A DNA stretch of 64,000 bases from an uncultured Pelagibacteraceae bacterium (GCA_902540275.1 CACBMB010000008.1:9623-73622); one strand, 5' to 3'. Positions 50,133 through 60,185 are shown, counted from the stretch's first letter. The notes: generated by a model not told the origin, from the sequence alone. Made by a program: numbers and translations.

Positions 50133-50834
50133 ATGAGTAATATTAGATTATTTTTTTCAAATACAATATCAGCAAATATGACTGATAGATTAGATAAGTC
50201 TCAATCACATTATCTAACTAAAGTGATGAGAGTTAAAGAAAATGAAGTTTTTTCGATATTTAATAAAAATGGAGAATGGCAAGCAAAAGTTTTAGGAATT
50301 CTAAAAGGTATTGTCGAATTTAAAACAGTTAAACAATTAAGAAAAAAAGAAAGTTCAAAAGAATTGTACTTAGCATTCTCTCCAATCAAATCAAACTATC
50401 AAAATTTTATGATACAAAAAGCAACAGAATTAGGAGTTACAAGATTTTTACCAATTATTTTTGAGCGAACAGTAGTTAGAAAGATTAACAATGAACGTTT
50501 AATAAAAATAGTTATTGAGGCAAGCGAACAGTCAAATCGTCTTAATATTCCTGTTGTGGAGAAGGCTCAAAATTTAAAAAATTTTTTGAAATCAAATTCA
50601 ATGGATTTAATATTTACTGATTTAAATTCTGATAAAAAAAAAATTGATAAATCAAAGTTAACAAATAAACCAATTTGTATTATAATTGGTCCAGAAGGTG
50701 ATTTTTCAGAGACTGAAAGAGAGGAGATTCTCTCTTTTAAAAGTGTTCAGTCTATAAAAATTAATGAGAACATTTTAAGATCAGAAACTGCAGTGATATC
50801 AGCGATTTCGATCTTAAATTACGTGATTAATTGA
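50133..50834 (+). CDS. rsmE: 16S rRNA (uracil1498-N3)-methyltransferase
   Basis: SHYLTKVMRVKENE, IIIGPEGDFSE.E, LRSETA. Confidence 0.8.
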   Translation: MSNIRLFFSNTISANMTDRLDKSQSHYLTKVMRVKENEVFSIFNKNGEWQAKVLGILKGIVEFKTVKQLRKKESSKELYLAFSPIKSNYQNFMIQKATELGVTRFLPIIFERTVVRKINNERLIKIVIEASEQSNRLNIPVVEKAQNLKNFLKSNSMDLIFTDLNSDKKKIDKSKLTNKPICIIIGPEGDFSETEREEILSFKSVQSIKINENILRSETAVISAISILNYVIN

Positions 50835-50894
50835 TAAATTGTCGCGAAAACTAAAGTGTAATTTTTATAAAAGGGCTTTATATAGCTATTAAAA

Positions 50895-53344
<2,450 letters not shown>

Positions 53345-53362
53345 AACAAAAGTTAAAAATTG

Positions 53363-54274
53363 ATGGATAGTTCAAAATTAAAAAAAAGAAGTTTATCTCA
53401 AGAAGATTTATTTAATTTATCTGAATTATTTAAATTGATGAAGCCTAGAGTTATGTCTCTGGTAATTTTTACTTGTGCTGTTGGTTTATTAACAGCACCA
53501 AATGCAGTTTCTACAAAAGATGCAATAATTGGAATTTTATTAGTCTCTTTAGGTGCAGGAGCTGCTGGTGCATTAAATATGTGGTACGAGTCTGATCTTG
53601 ATGCATTGATGACAAGAACTTGTTTAAGACCAATACCGACTGGAAAAGTCAATAAAAATCAAGCACTGATTTTTGGAGTAACCTTATCAATAATTTCTGT
53701 AGTAACATTAGATTATTTTACGAATAGAATTTCTGCATCCATATTACTTCTCACAATTTTGTTTTATGTTTTTGTGTATACAATTTGGTTAAAAAGAAGA
53801 ACGCCACAAAACATAGTTATTGGTGGGGCAGCAGGAGCTTTTCCTCCTGTTATTGGATGGACTATTGCAACAGGCTCTCTCTCAATTGAACCGTTAACTT
53901 TTTTTCTAATTATATTTTTTTGGACACCTTCACATTTTTGGGCTTTGAGTTTGTATAAATCAGATGATTATAAAAAAGCTAATATACCCATGCTTCCATT
54001 GACAAATGGAGTTGAAAGTACAAAAATTAATATATTTGTTTATTCTTTATTAATGTTACCAGTTATTATATTTCCGTATTTGATTAATTTTGTGGGATTA
54101 ACATTCTTAATTCCATCATTATTATTAACTTTTTACTACAATTTTTTATGTTACGAACTTTATAATTTTAAGAAAAATAAGTTTAACCCAAAAAAAGCAA
54201 AATCTATATTTGGATATTCGATACTTTATTTATTTTTAGTTTTTGTTCTTTTTCTGATAGATAAGATTTTATGA
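53363..54274 (+). CDS. ctaB: protoheme IX farnesyltransferase (heme O synthase)
   Basis: NMWYESDLDALMTRTCLRPIP motif; UbiA-fold TM protein. ATG at 53363 follows the track's TTG at 53360. Confidence 0.9.
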   Translation: MDSSKLKKRSLSQEDLFNLSELFKLMKPRVMSLVIFTCAVGLLTAPNAVSTKDAIIGILLVSLGAGAAGALNMWYESDLDALMTRTCLRPIPTGKVNKNQALIFGVTLSIISVVTLDYFTNRISASILLLTILFYVFVYTIWLKRRTPQNIVIGGAAGAFPPVIGWTIATGSLSIEPLTFFLIIFFWTPSHFWALSLYKSDDYKKANIPMLPLTNGVESTKINIFVYSLLMLPVIIFPYLINFVGLTFLIPSLLLTFYYNFLCYELYNFKKNKFNPKKAKSIFGYSILYLFLVFVLFLIDKIL

Positions 54275-54396
54275 TAACTCCTGATAAAAAAACAAAGAAA
54301 AAAAACATTCTTACCGCTTTGGCAATTATTGCTTTCATGGTTTTTCTTTTCTTTTTTACTTTATATAACACCGGGGTATTTGATAGAGCAATATGA
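54271..54396 (+). CDS. 41-aa single-TM micro-protein between ctaB and ctaG (CoxF-like position)
   Basis: Hand translation: MITPDKKTKKKNILTALAIIAFMVFLFFFTLYNTGVFDRAI*. ATGA overlaps at both ends (ctaB stop and ctaG start). Confidence 0.45.
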   Translation: MITPDKKTKKKNILTALAIIAFMVFLFFFTLYNTGVFDRAI

Positions 54397-54926
54397 TTGA
54401 AAAAAAGAAATTAACACCATTGTTATTAGCTGGAATTTTTGTTTTAATGTTAGGTTTATCCTATGCAGCAGTGCCATTGTATGATCTTTTTTGTAGAGTG
54501 ACTGGTTTTGGAGGGACTACACAAGTATCAAACAATGCTCCGAAAATAGTTTTAGATAAAGTAGTAAGTGTAAGATTTGATACTAACGTAAACAATCTTC
54601 CATGGGATTTTAAGGTTAAATCAAATGTAATTGATGTAAAAGTTGGCCAAGTTAGTAAAATAGAATTTGAGGTAACAAATTATAGTGAGGAGCCTACAGC
54701 TGGAGTGGCAAGCTTTAATGTTTCACCTGCAAGTTTCGGAAAATACTACAGTAAATTAGGATGTTTTTGTTTTGAAAAACAAGAACTTAAAGCTGGTGAA
54801 AAAGCTACATATGTAATGACTTTTTATTTAGATCCTGAAATGGTGAATGATCCAACAGTGAAAAACCTACAGGATGTAACTATGTCGTATACTTTTTTCT
54901 CGACAGATTACTATAAACAATCATAA
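54393..54926 (+). CDS. ctaG: cytochrome c oxidase copper chaperone CtaG/Cox11
   Basis: PLYDLFCRVTGFGGT and the CFCF copper-binding motif. Confidence 0.9.
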   Translation: MIEKKKLTPLLLAGIFVLMLGLSYAAVPLYDLFCRVTGFGGTTQVSNNAPKIVLDKVVSVRFDTNVNNLPWDFKVKSNVIDVKVGQVSKIEFEVTNYSEEPTAGVASFNVSPASFGKYYSKLGCFCFEKQELKAGEKATYVMTFYLDPEMVNDPTVKNLQDVTMSYTFFSTDYYKQS

Positions 54927-54935
54927 TCCAAAAAA

Positions 54936-55724
54936 ATGTCAGCTGAAAAAAAACACGATTATCACTTAGTAGACCCAAGCCCTTGGCCAATATATGTTTC
55001 TTTCTCATGTTTAGTATTAGCTTTGGGAGCAGTTTATTATATGCACTCGGATGTATCATGGGGAATGTATTTAGGTTTTGCTTTGTTAATTTATGGTGCG
55101 TATATGTGGTTTAGAGATGTCGTAATTGAAGCCGAGCATCAAGGTCATCATACTCCTGTAGTACAAATTCACCATCGTTATGGGATGACATTGTTTATCG
55201 CATCTGAGGTAATGTTTTTTGTTGCATGGTTTTGGGCTTATTTTGATGTAAGTCTTTTTCCTAATGAATTTGTGGGAAATGTATGGCCGCCAAAAGACAT
55301 TGAAACTTTTGATCCTTGGGATATTCCACTTATTAACACATTAGTGTTATTGTTGTCAGGCACTACTGTGACTTGGTCACATCATGCTCTTCTTGAAGAC
55401 GATAGAAAAGGGTTTATCAATGGTTTGATTTTAACAGTAATTCTTGGAGTATGTTTTACAGCACTGCAAGCGTATGAATATCATCACGCAACATTTGCAT
55501 TTTCCGATCATATATATGGTTCAGTTTTTTATATGGCTACGGGTTTCCATGGCTTTCATGTGATTGTAGGAACAATTTTTTTAGCAGTGTGCTTGTGGAG
55601 AGGAAAATTAGGCCATTTTAATAAAGATCATCATTTTGGTTTTGAAGCTGCGGCCTGGTATTGGCATTTTGTCGATGTTGTATGGTTATTTTTGTTTGCA
55701 GCTATATATATTTGGGGAAGTTAA
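54936..55724 (+). CDS. ctaE: cytochrome c oxidase subunit III
   Basis: HDYHLVDPSPWP, GFHGFHVIVGT, WYWHFVDVVW. Confidence 0.95.
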   Translation: MSAEKKHDYHLVDPSPWPIYVSFSCLVLALGAVYYMHSDVSWGMYLGFALLIYGAYMWFRDVVIEAEHQGHHTPVVQIHHRYGMTLFIASEVMFFVAWFWAYFDVSLFPNEFVGNVWPPKDIETFDPWDIPLINTLVLLLSGTTVTWSHHALLEDDRKGFINGLILTVILGVCFTALQAYEYHHATFAFSDHIYGSVFYMATGFHGFHVIVGTIFLAVCLWRGKLGHFNKDHHFGFEAAAWYWHFVDVVWLFLFAAIYIWGS

Positions 55725-55733
55725 TTTCAGTCT

Positions 55734-56387
55734 TTGAAACATAAGTTTTTATTTTCTGTTTTTATAATTTTTTTTATATTTGTTTTTATTGCATTAGGTA
55801 CTTGGCAAATAATTCGATTAAATTGGAAAAATAACCTTATCTTAGAAATCGAAAATTCATTAAAAAATCCTCCAGTTGAACTTTCTCAATCTAATAAAGA
55901 AAATTTTCTAAAGATCAAAACATCGGGCACTATTGATTTTGAAAAACAAATATATTTATATAATTTAGACGATTCTGGCACTCCAGGATTTGAAGTTATT
56001 AATCCAATTTTAATTGATAATGAAAATTATTTAATTAATCGAGGCTGGATACCGTTTGAAAAAAAAGATACTCCAGAAATAAATATATTTGATCAAAATA
56101 ACATAATAGGAACTCTCAAAACTCAGGGAAGAAAAAATATTTTTAAACCAGATAATGATATTAAAGAAAATTACTGGTTTAGCTTAAACAGAGAAGATAT
56201 CTTAAAATTTACTGGTAAAAAATTTTCGAAATACATAATTTACTTGGATGGAAACTATCAATTTCCTAAGCCAAAAAAAATTACTGCCAATATTTCAAAT
56301 AATCATAAAAAATACGCAATGACATGGTTTTCATTAGCGATTTCAATTCTTTTGCTATATCTATATTTTAGAAAAAAGAATTATTGA
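55734..56387 (+). CDS. SURF1-family cytochrome oxidase assembly protein
   Basis: N- and C-terminal TM helices, ALGTWQIIRL..K and INRGWIP motifs. TTG start is the only in-frame start available. Confidence 0.75.
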   Translation: MKHKFLFSVFIIFFIFVFIALGTWQIIRLNWKNNLILEIENSLKNPPVELSQSNKENFLKIKTSGTIDFEKQIYLYNLDDSGTPGFEVINPILIDNENYLINRGWIPFEKKDTPEINIFDQNNIIGTLKTQGRKNIFKPDNDIKENYWFSLNREDILKFTGKKFSKYIIYLDGNYQFPKPKKITANISNNHKKYAMTWFSLAISILLLYLYFRKKNY

Positions 56388-57761
56388 ATGAATTATATTA
56401 GTACAAGAAATAATCAGAAAAACTTTACTTTTAAAGATGTTTTCCTCAAAGGTTTGGCAGATGATGGGGGGCTATTTGTGCCTCAATCAATCAAACCATT
56501 TAAAAAAGAGGAATTAGAAAATTTTAAAAACCTTAGTTACAATGATTTAGCGGCTGAAATAATTTATCCATTCATAGGAGATTTCATGTCTAAAGATGAC
56601 CTAATCTCTTTGATTTCAAAATCATACTCAAATTTCAGATGTGATGATGTTGTAAAAATTTCAGATCTGGGAAATTTAAAAGTTCTAGAACTATTTCATG
56701 GCCCCACTCTTGCATTTAAGGATATTGCAATGCAATTAATAGGTAATTTTTATCAATATCATTTAGGACGTGATCAAAAAAAAATAAATATAATTGTTGC
56801 AACTTCAGGTGACACTGGTGCAGCTGCTATAGATGCTTTAAAAGGAAAAAATAATTTAAATGTTTTTGTATTTCACCCTAATAATAAAATTTCACCGGTA
56901 CAAAGAAGACTTATGACAATTCACGAAGAGAGTAACGTATTCAACATTGCAATTAAGGGTAATTTTGATGATTGTCAAAATTTAGTAAAAGCAATGTTCA
57001 ATGATGAAGAATTTTCTAAAGAAATTAATATGTCGGGTGTAAACTCAATTAATTGGGCAAGAATTGTTGCACAATCAGTATATTATTTTTACGCTTACTT
57101 CAAAGTTGGAAACGATCAACCTTTATCCTTCTCTGTTCCAACAGGAAACTTTGGTGATATTTATGCTGGTTATTTAGCAAAAAAATTAGGTCTCCCAATT
57201 GATAAACTAATCGTAGCTACAAATAAAAACGACATACTACACAGAGCTATATCTGGCGGTGACTACAGTCAAAAAAAAGTTGAGGAAACAAATACACCAA
57301 GTATGGATATACAAATAGCGAGTAATTTTGAAAGGCTTTTATATGATGTAAAAGATTGTAACTCAGACGTTACAAAAAATGTAATGGCTGAAATAAAAAA
57401 AAATACTTATAAAATTGATAAAAATGATCTAGATAAAATTAAAAAGAATTTTATATCTGAAATGCTTGATGAAAACGAAACTGTTGAAATGATAAAAACT
57501 ATCAATGATGAACATCAGATGGTAATTGATCCTCATACAGCGGTGGGGATTGGTGCTGTGAGAAAATTAGGATTGGAAAAAAATTGTGTTGTATTATCTA
57601 CTGCTCACCCGTGTAAATTTCCAAAAGCAATAGAAGATGCAATTTCAAAAACTGAAAATTTACCAGATAGTCTTAAATATATTAATGATAGAAAAGAAAA
57701 ATTTGAACTTCTCTCAAATGATATTGAAAAAGTTAAAAAATATGTAATGAATTCGATATGA
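56388..57761 (+). CDS. thrC: threonine synthase
   Basis: YISTRN start, PLP-lysine context FHGPTLAFKD, SGDTGAA. Confidence 0.9.
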   Translation: MNYISTRNNQKNFTFKDVFLKGLADDGGLFVPQSIKPFKKEELENFKNLSYNDLAAEIIYPFIGDFMSKDDLISLISKSYSNFRCDDVVKISDLGNLKVLELFHGPTLAFKDIAMQLIGNFYQYHLGRDQKKINIIVATSGDTGAAAIDALKGKNNLNVFVFHPNNKISPVQRRLMTIHEESNVFNIAIKGNFDDCQNLVKAMFNDEEFSKEINMSGVNSINWARIVAQSVYYFYAYFKVGNDQPLSFSVPTGNFGDIYAGYLAKKLGLPIDKLIVATNKNDILHRAISGGDYSQKKVEETNTPSMDIQIASNFERLLYDVKDCNSDVTKNVMAEIKKNTYKIDKNDLDKIKKNFISEMLDENETVEMIKTINDEHQMVIDPHTAVGIGAVRKLGLEKNCVVLSTAHPCKFPKAIEDAISKTENLPDSLKYINDRKEKFELLSNDIEKVKKYVMNSI

Positions 57762-58246
57762 AACTTAAAATAAAAGATCAACTACCAGATACAGAGATTT
57801 TTCAACTTATCGATGGAGAACCACAAAAAAGCAAATTAAGAGAGACCATTGGTAATGGTAAAGCTGTTTTATTTGGTTTACCTGGGGCATTTACATCTAC
57901 TTGCTCCAAATTTCACCTACCAGGCTTTGTAGCCAATGCTGATAAAATTAAAGCAAAAGGGATAGAAAATATATTTTGTTTATCAGTAAATGATCCTTAT
58001 GTGATGAATGGCTGGGGTGAGATTAATAATACAGGAGATAAAATTAAAATGTTATCTGACCCATATTTATTATTTACGAAAGCAATTGGAGCAGAAGTTG
58101 ATCGGAATGCAAAAGGAATGGGAATTAGATCAAATCGTTATTTGATGGTAATTGAAAATTTCACAGTCGTTAATATTCACGTTGAAAAAGAAACCAAAGA
58201 ATGTGGTTTAACTTCAGCAGAGAACCTATTAAATAATCTTATCTAG
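57758..58246 (+). CDS. Prx5-type peroxiredoxin
   Basis: LFGLPGAFTSTCS peroxidatic-Cys motif; 162 aa. Confidence 0.85.
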   Translation: MKLKIKDQLPDTEIFQLIDGEPQKSKLRETIGNGKAVLFGLPGAFTSTCSKFHLPGFVANADKIKAKGIENIFCLSVNDPYVMNGWGEINNTGDKIKMLSDPYLLFTKAIGAEVDRNAKGMGIRSNRYLMVIENFTVVNIHVEKETKECGLTSAENLLNNLI

Positions 58247-58254
58247 GTAGGGCA

Positions 58255-58274
58255 GTTCTGTTGCCAGGTGCCCC
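58255..58274 (+). repeat. direct repeat copy 1 (candidate attL core)
   Basis: GTTCTGTTGCCAGGTGCCCC, starting 8 nt after the prx stop and identical to 60166-60185. Similarity continues as (G)AACT downstream and TAGGG upstream. Confidence 0.9.
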
Positions 58275-58286
58275 GAACTTTGTACC

Positions 58287-58302
58287 ATTATTCGCGAATA
58301 AT
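58287..58302. repeat. perfect 16-bp palindrome ATTATTCGCGAATAAT
   Basis: Self-complementary over all 16 nt. Lies between the repeat core and the tandem GTGCGGA motifs, upstream of the islet operon. Confidence 0.85.
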
Positions 58303-58333
58303 TTGAATTGAAAAGTGAGATTTTGCAACCCAA

Positions 58334-58358
58334 GTGCGGATATAGTGCGGACAGAATT
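58334..58358 (+). repeat. tandem GTGCGGA motifs, 11-nt register (left inner flank)
   Basis: GTGCGGAtataGTGCGGAcagaatt, 21/25 identical to 60096-60120 in the same orientation. Confidence 0.85.
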
Positions 58359-58379
58359 TCCGTGCTAGGATCTCTGATT

Positions 58380-58844
58380 ATGAATTTATTTAATGACAAA
58401 GATGGAAAGTTCAAAAGACTTGAAAAAATTATTTTGGATATAGAAAAAGAAAAACACACAATAAGCTGGGCTCACACAACAATACAAAGTTGCCTTTGGA
58501 ATCTTGAGAAGAGTCCAAACCTAACAAAATTTGATTTAGAATTGATTGCTAAAGATTTAAGAGAAAATTTAAATAAAAAAGAAGAAGCCCAAGCCAAAAT
58601 AATGGAATTGCAATATAGTACTCTAAAAGTTGAAATGGGTATCCTTAATCTAGGAAATCAAACCCATGCACTTTTAAGACAGGTAGAGGAAATGAAAGAG
58701 AAAGCTGGTATTAATAACTTATGGAAACATGAGGAGGATAAAAGGTTAAATGAACATTTTAAAAAACATCCTGAAGATGTTGGAACACTTCATATTACAG
58801 AAAATTCGTGGACATTTGATTTTAGCAAAAAGAAAAAAAAATGA
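58380..58844 (+). CDS. 154-aa all-helical hypothetical protein, translationally coupled to the downstream nuclease gene
   Basis: ATG 58380 is preceded by TAGGA at -13 to -9. The track's TTG start at 58308 would run through the repeat motifs. The stop overlaps the next ATG (ATGA at 58841-58844). No motif recognised. Confidence 0.6.
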   Translation: MNLFNDKDGKFKRLEKIILDIEKEKHTISWAHTTIQSCLWNLEKSPNLTKFDLELIAKDLRENLNKKEEAQAKIMELQYSTLKVEMGILNLGNQTHALLRQVEEMKEKAGINNLWKHEEDKRLNEHFKKHPEDVGTLHITENSWTFDFSKKKKK

Positions 58845-59761
58845 ATAGCCTAAATGAAATACTGAATGCTTTTATAATCCAGTCAAAAACTGGCAACCTT
58901 AAAGTATCTCACTATCCAAAAGAATATTTAGATTTGAAAATGAAAGTTTCATTTGGCATGGGAGCTTCTGCAAAAATACCTTGGATATCATTTACTGGTA
59001 AAGAAATGCAAACTAGCAATGGTTTTTACCCGGTATATTTATATTATAAGTCATCAGGAAAATTAATTTTATCTTATGGAATTAGTGAAACTAAAGAATT
59101 TAAGATAAGCTGGCCTGAAGATATAATTGCTAATAAGCAAAAGATTAAAGATTACATAGATGATCCTTTTAGATATGGCGACTCATGGGTCTATAAATCA
59201 TACATACCTAGCACTTCAAGTAGTAGTGAAGATGTTAAATGGTTTGCTGGAGACAATAGACCTTTAAATCCAAATGAACTTGAAACAAACCTAAAAGAAA
59301 TAATCGATCAATATAAAACAGCTGCATCAATTCAAATAGATGATGTTAGCTCACCTCTTAACCAGGGGATGTTTTATTTAGAGTCTCAACTAGAAGAATT
59401 CATAATTGAAAATTGGGATCAAACAGAGTTAGGTCAAAAATACGATTTAATAAAAGAAGACGGAGAATTAGTAAGTCAACAGTATCACACAGATGTTGGT
59501 ATTATAGATATATTAGCTAAGGATAAAGTTAATAAGAATCATGTAGTAATAGAGTTAAAGAAAGGTCAGACTAGCGATAAAACAATAGGACAGTTAACCA
59601 AGTATATGGGCTGGATAAAAAAACATAAAAACGATGAAAAAGTAAAAGGAATTATAATAGCTGGAAAGTATGATGAAAAATTATTTTATGCAGCCAAAAT
59701 GGTACCTAATGCTGAAGTGTTTTTGTACGAGGTGCTTTTTAGATTAAAAGAATTTAAATAA
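58841..59761 (+). CDS. fusion of an MrcB-N (DUF3578)-like DNA-reader domain and a NucS/DUF91-like PD-(D/E)xK nuclease domain (candidate type IV restriction enzyme)
   Basis: N-terminal half: KVSFGMGASAKIPWISFTGKE..SNGFYPVYLYY..GKLILSYG, resembling the McrB-related N-terminal domain pattern. C-terminal half: ESQLEEFIIENW...DVGIIDILAKD...HVVIELKKGQ...IGQLTKYMGW, a D-x14-ExK nuclease core. Assigned by eye. Confidence 0.6.
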   Translation: MNSLNEILNAFIIQSKTGNLKVSHYPKEYLDLKMKVSFGMGASAKIPWISFTGKEMQTSNGFYPVYLYYKSSGKLILSYGISETKEFKISWPEDIIANKQKIKDYIDDPFRYGDSWVYKSYIPSTSSSSEDVKWFAGDNRPLNPNELETNLKEIIDQYKTAASIQIDDVSSPLNQGMFYLESQLEEFIIENWDQTELGQKYDLIKEDGELVSQQYHTDVGIIDILAKDKVNKNHVVIELKKGQTSDKTIGQLTKYMGWIKKHKNDEKVKGIIIAGKYDEKLFYAAKMVPNAEVFLYEVLFRLKEFK

Positions 59762-59766
59762 AAATT

Positions 59767-60096
59767 ATGAAAAAACTTTTAGGGATCGTGGTTCTGGGTT
59801 TGTTGTGGCCAAGTTTAGTTAATGCAACAACCTATGCAGTGGAGTTTACTGAAAGTTCTCTTTATGCAGATTTTACAATAGAAGTTTCAACCAGCTCTCT
59901 TTATGCTGACGAGACTTGGAACATTGTTGGAAGTTGTAGAAATGAATTTAACTATTCTACGATTGAAATATCAGAAAATTCTCTTTATGCAGATAAAACA
60001 ATAGATATTACAACCAGCTCTCTTTATGCTGACAGAGATATTTGTATTAAAAATCCTGACTCTCTACCAGAATGGTTTTTGGAGATGTTAGATTAG
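59767..60096 (+). CDS. small secreted protein with four SLYAD motifs (internal 41-aa duplication)
   Basis: Signal peptide MKKLLGIVVLGLLWPSLVNA, then (E/N/S)SLYAD four times. The DNA repeats are in frame at 59856, 59894, 59979 and 60017. Two Cys residues. Confidence 0.6.
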   Translation: MKKLLGIVVLGLLWPSLVNATTYAVEFTESSLYADFTIEVSTSSLYADETWNIVGSCRNEFNYSTIEISENSLYADKTIDITTSSLYADRDICIKNPDSLPEWFLEMLD

Positions 60097-60120
60097 TGCG
60101 GACACAGAGCGGATAGAATT
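60096..60120 (+). repeat. tandem G(T/A)GCGGA motifs, 11-nt register (right inner flank)
   Basis: GTGCGGAcacaGAGCGGAtagaatt. Overlaps the stop codon of the SLYAD gene and lies 45 nt before repeat copy 2. Confidence 0.85.
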
Positions 60121-60165
60121 AAATTTAACAAAATAATTGTTGATAAATATAAGATGCTAGGGGGC

Positions 60166-60185
60166 GTTCTGTTGCCAGGTGCCCC
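60166..60185 (+). repeat. direct repeat copy 2 (candidate attR core)
   Basis: GTTCTGTTGCCAGGTGCCCC, ending 2 nt before the rnhA stop codon. Confidence 0.9.

Larger units (their letters stand above)
58255..60185. mobile_element. candidate integrated mini-island (three cargo genes, no integrase) bounded by 20-bp direct repeats
   Basis: Perfect 20-mer at both ends, arm-site-like tandem motifs just inside each end, and non-housekeeping cargo between convergent housekeeping genes prx and rnhA. Confidence 0.55.

Noticed and set aside
58247-58379. The GC-rich repeat and flank look superficially like pieces of structured RNAs. GGGGGCGUUCUGUUGCCAGG resembles the 5' end of E. coli 4.5S/SRP RNA. UAGGGCAG..UGCCAGGU, GUGCGG.A.AG.GC and ACAGAAUUUCCGUGCUA resemble RNase P RNA conserved stretches in the right order.
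   Set aside because: The SRP hallmarks are missing: no GGAA tetraloop, no AGCAGC, and no complementary 3' strand. The RNase P P4 5' strand (GAGGAAAGUCCGGGC) is also missing. The available non-coding space (133 + 91 nt) is far too small for rnpB. The two copies are direct rather than complementary. A covariance-model scan (Rfam RF00169, RF00010) would settle it.
58308-58379. TTG-initiated 24-codon extension of the first islet gene.
   Set aside because: It would translate through the tandem GTGCGGA repeat motifs and relies on a TTG start. ATG 58380 has a TAGGA RBS at suitable spacing.
59856-60033. Four evenly patterned about 16-nt DNA repeats (TCTCTTTATGC(A/T)GA(T/C)) that could be mistaken for a mini repeat array or CRISPR.
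   Set aside because: They are in frame within a signal-peptide-bearing ORF and encode the SLYAD motif. The spacing (38/85/38 nt) reflects a 123-nt coding duplication, not repeat-spacer architecture.
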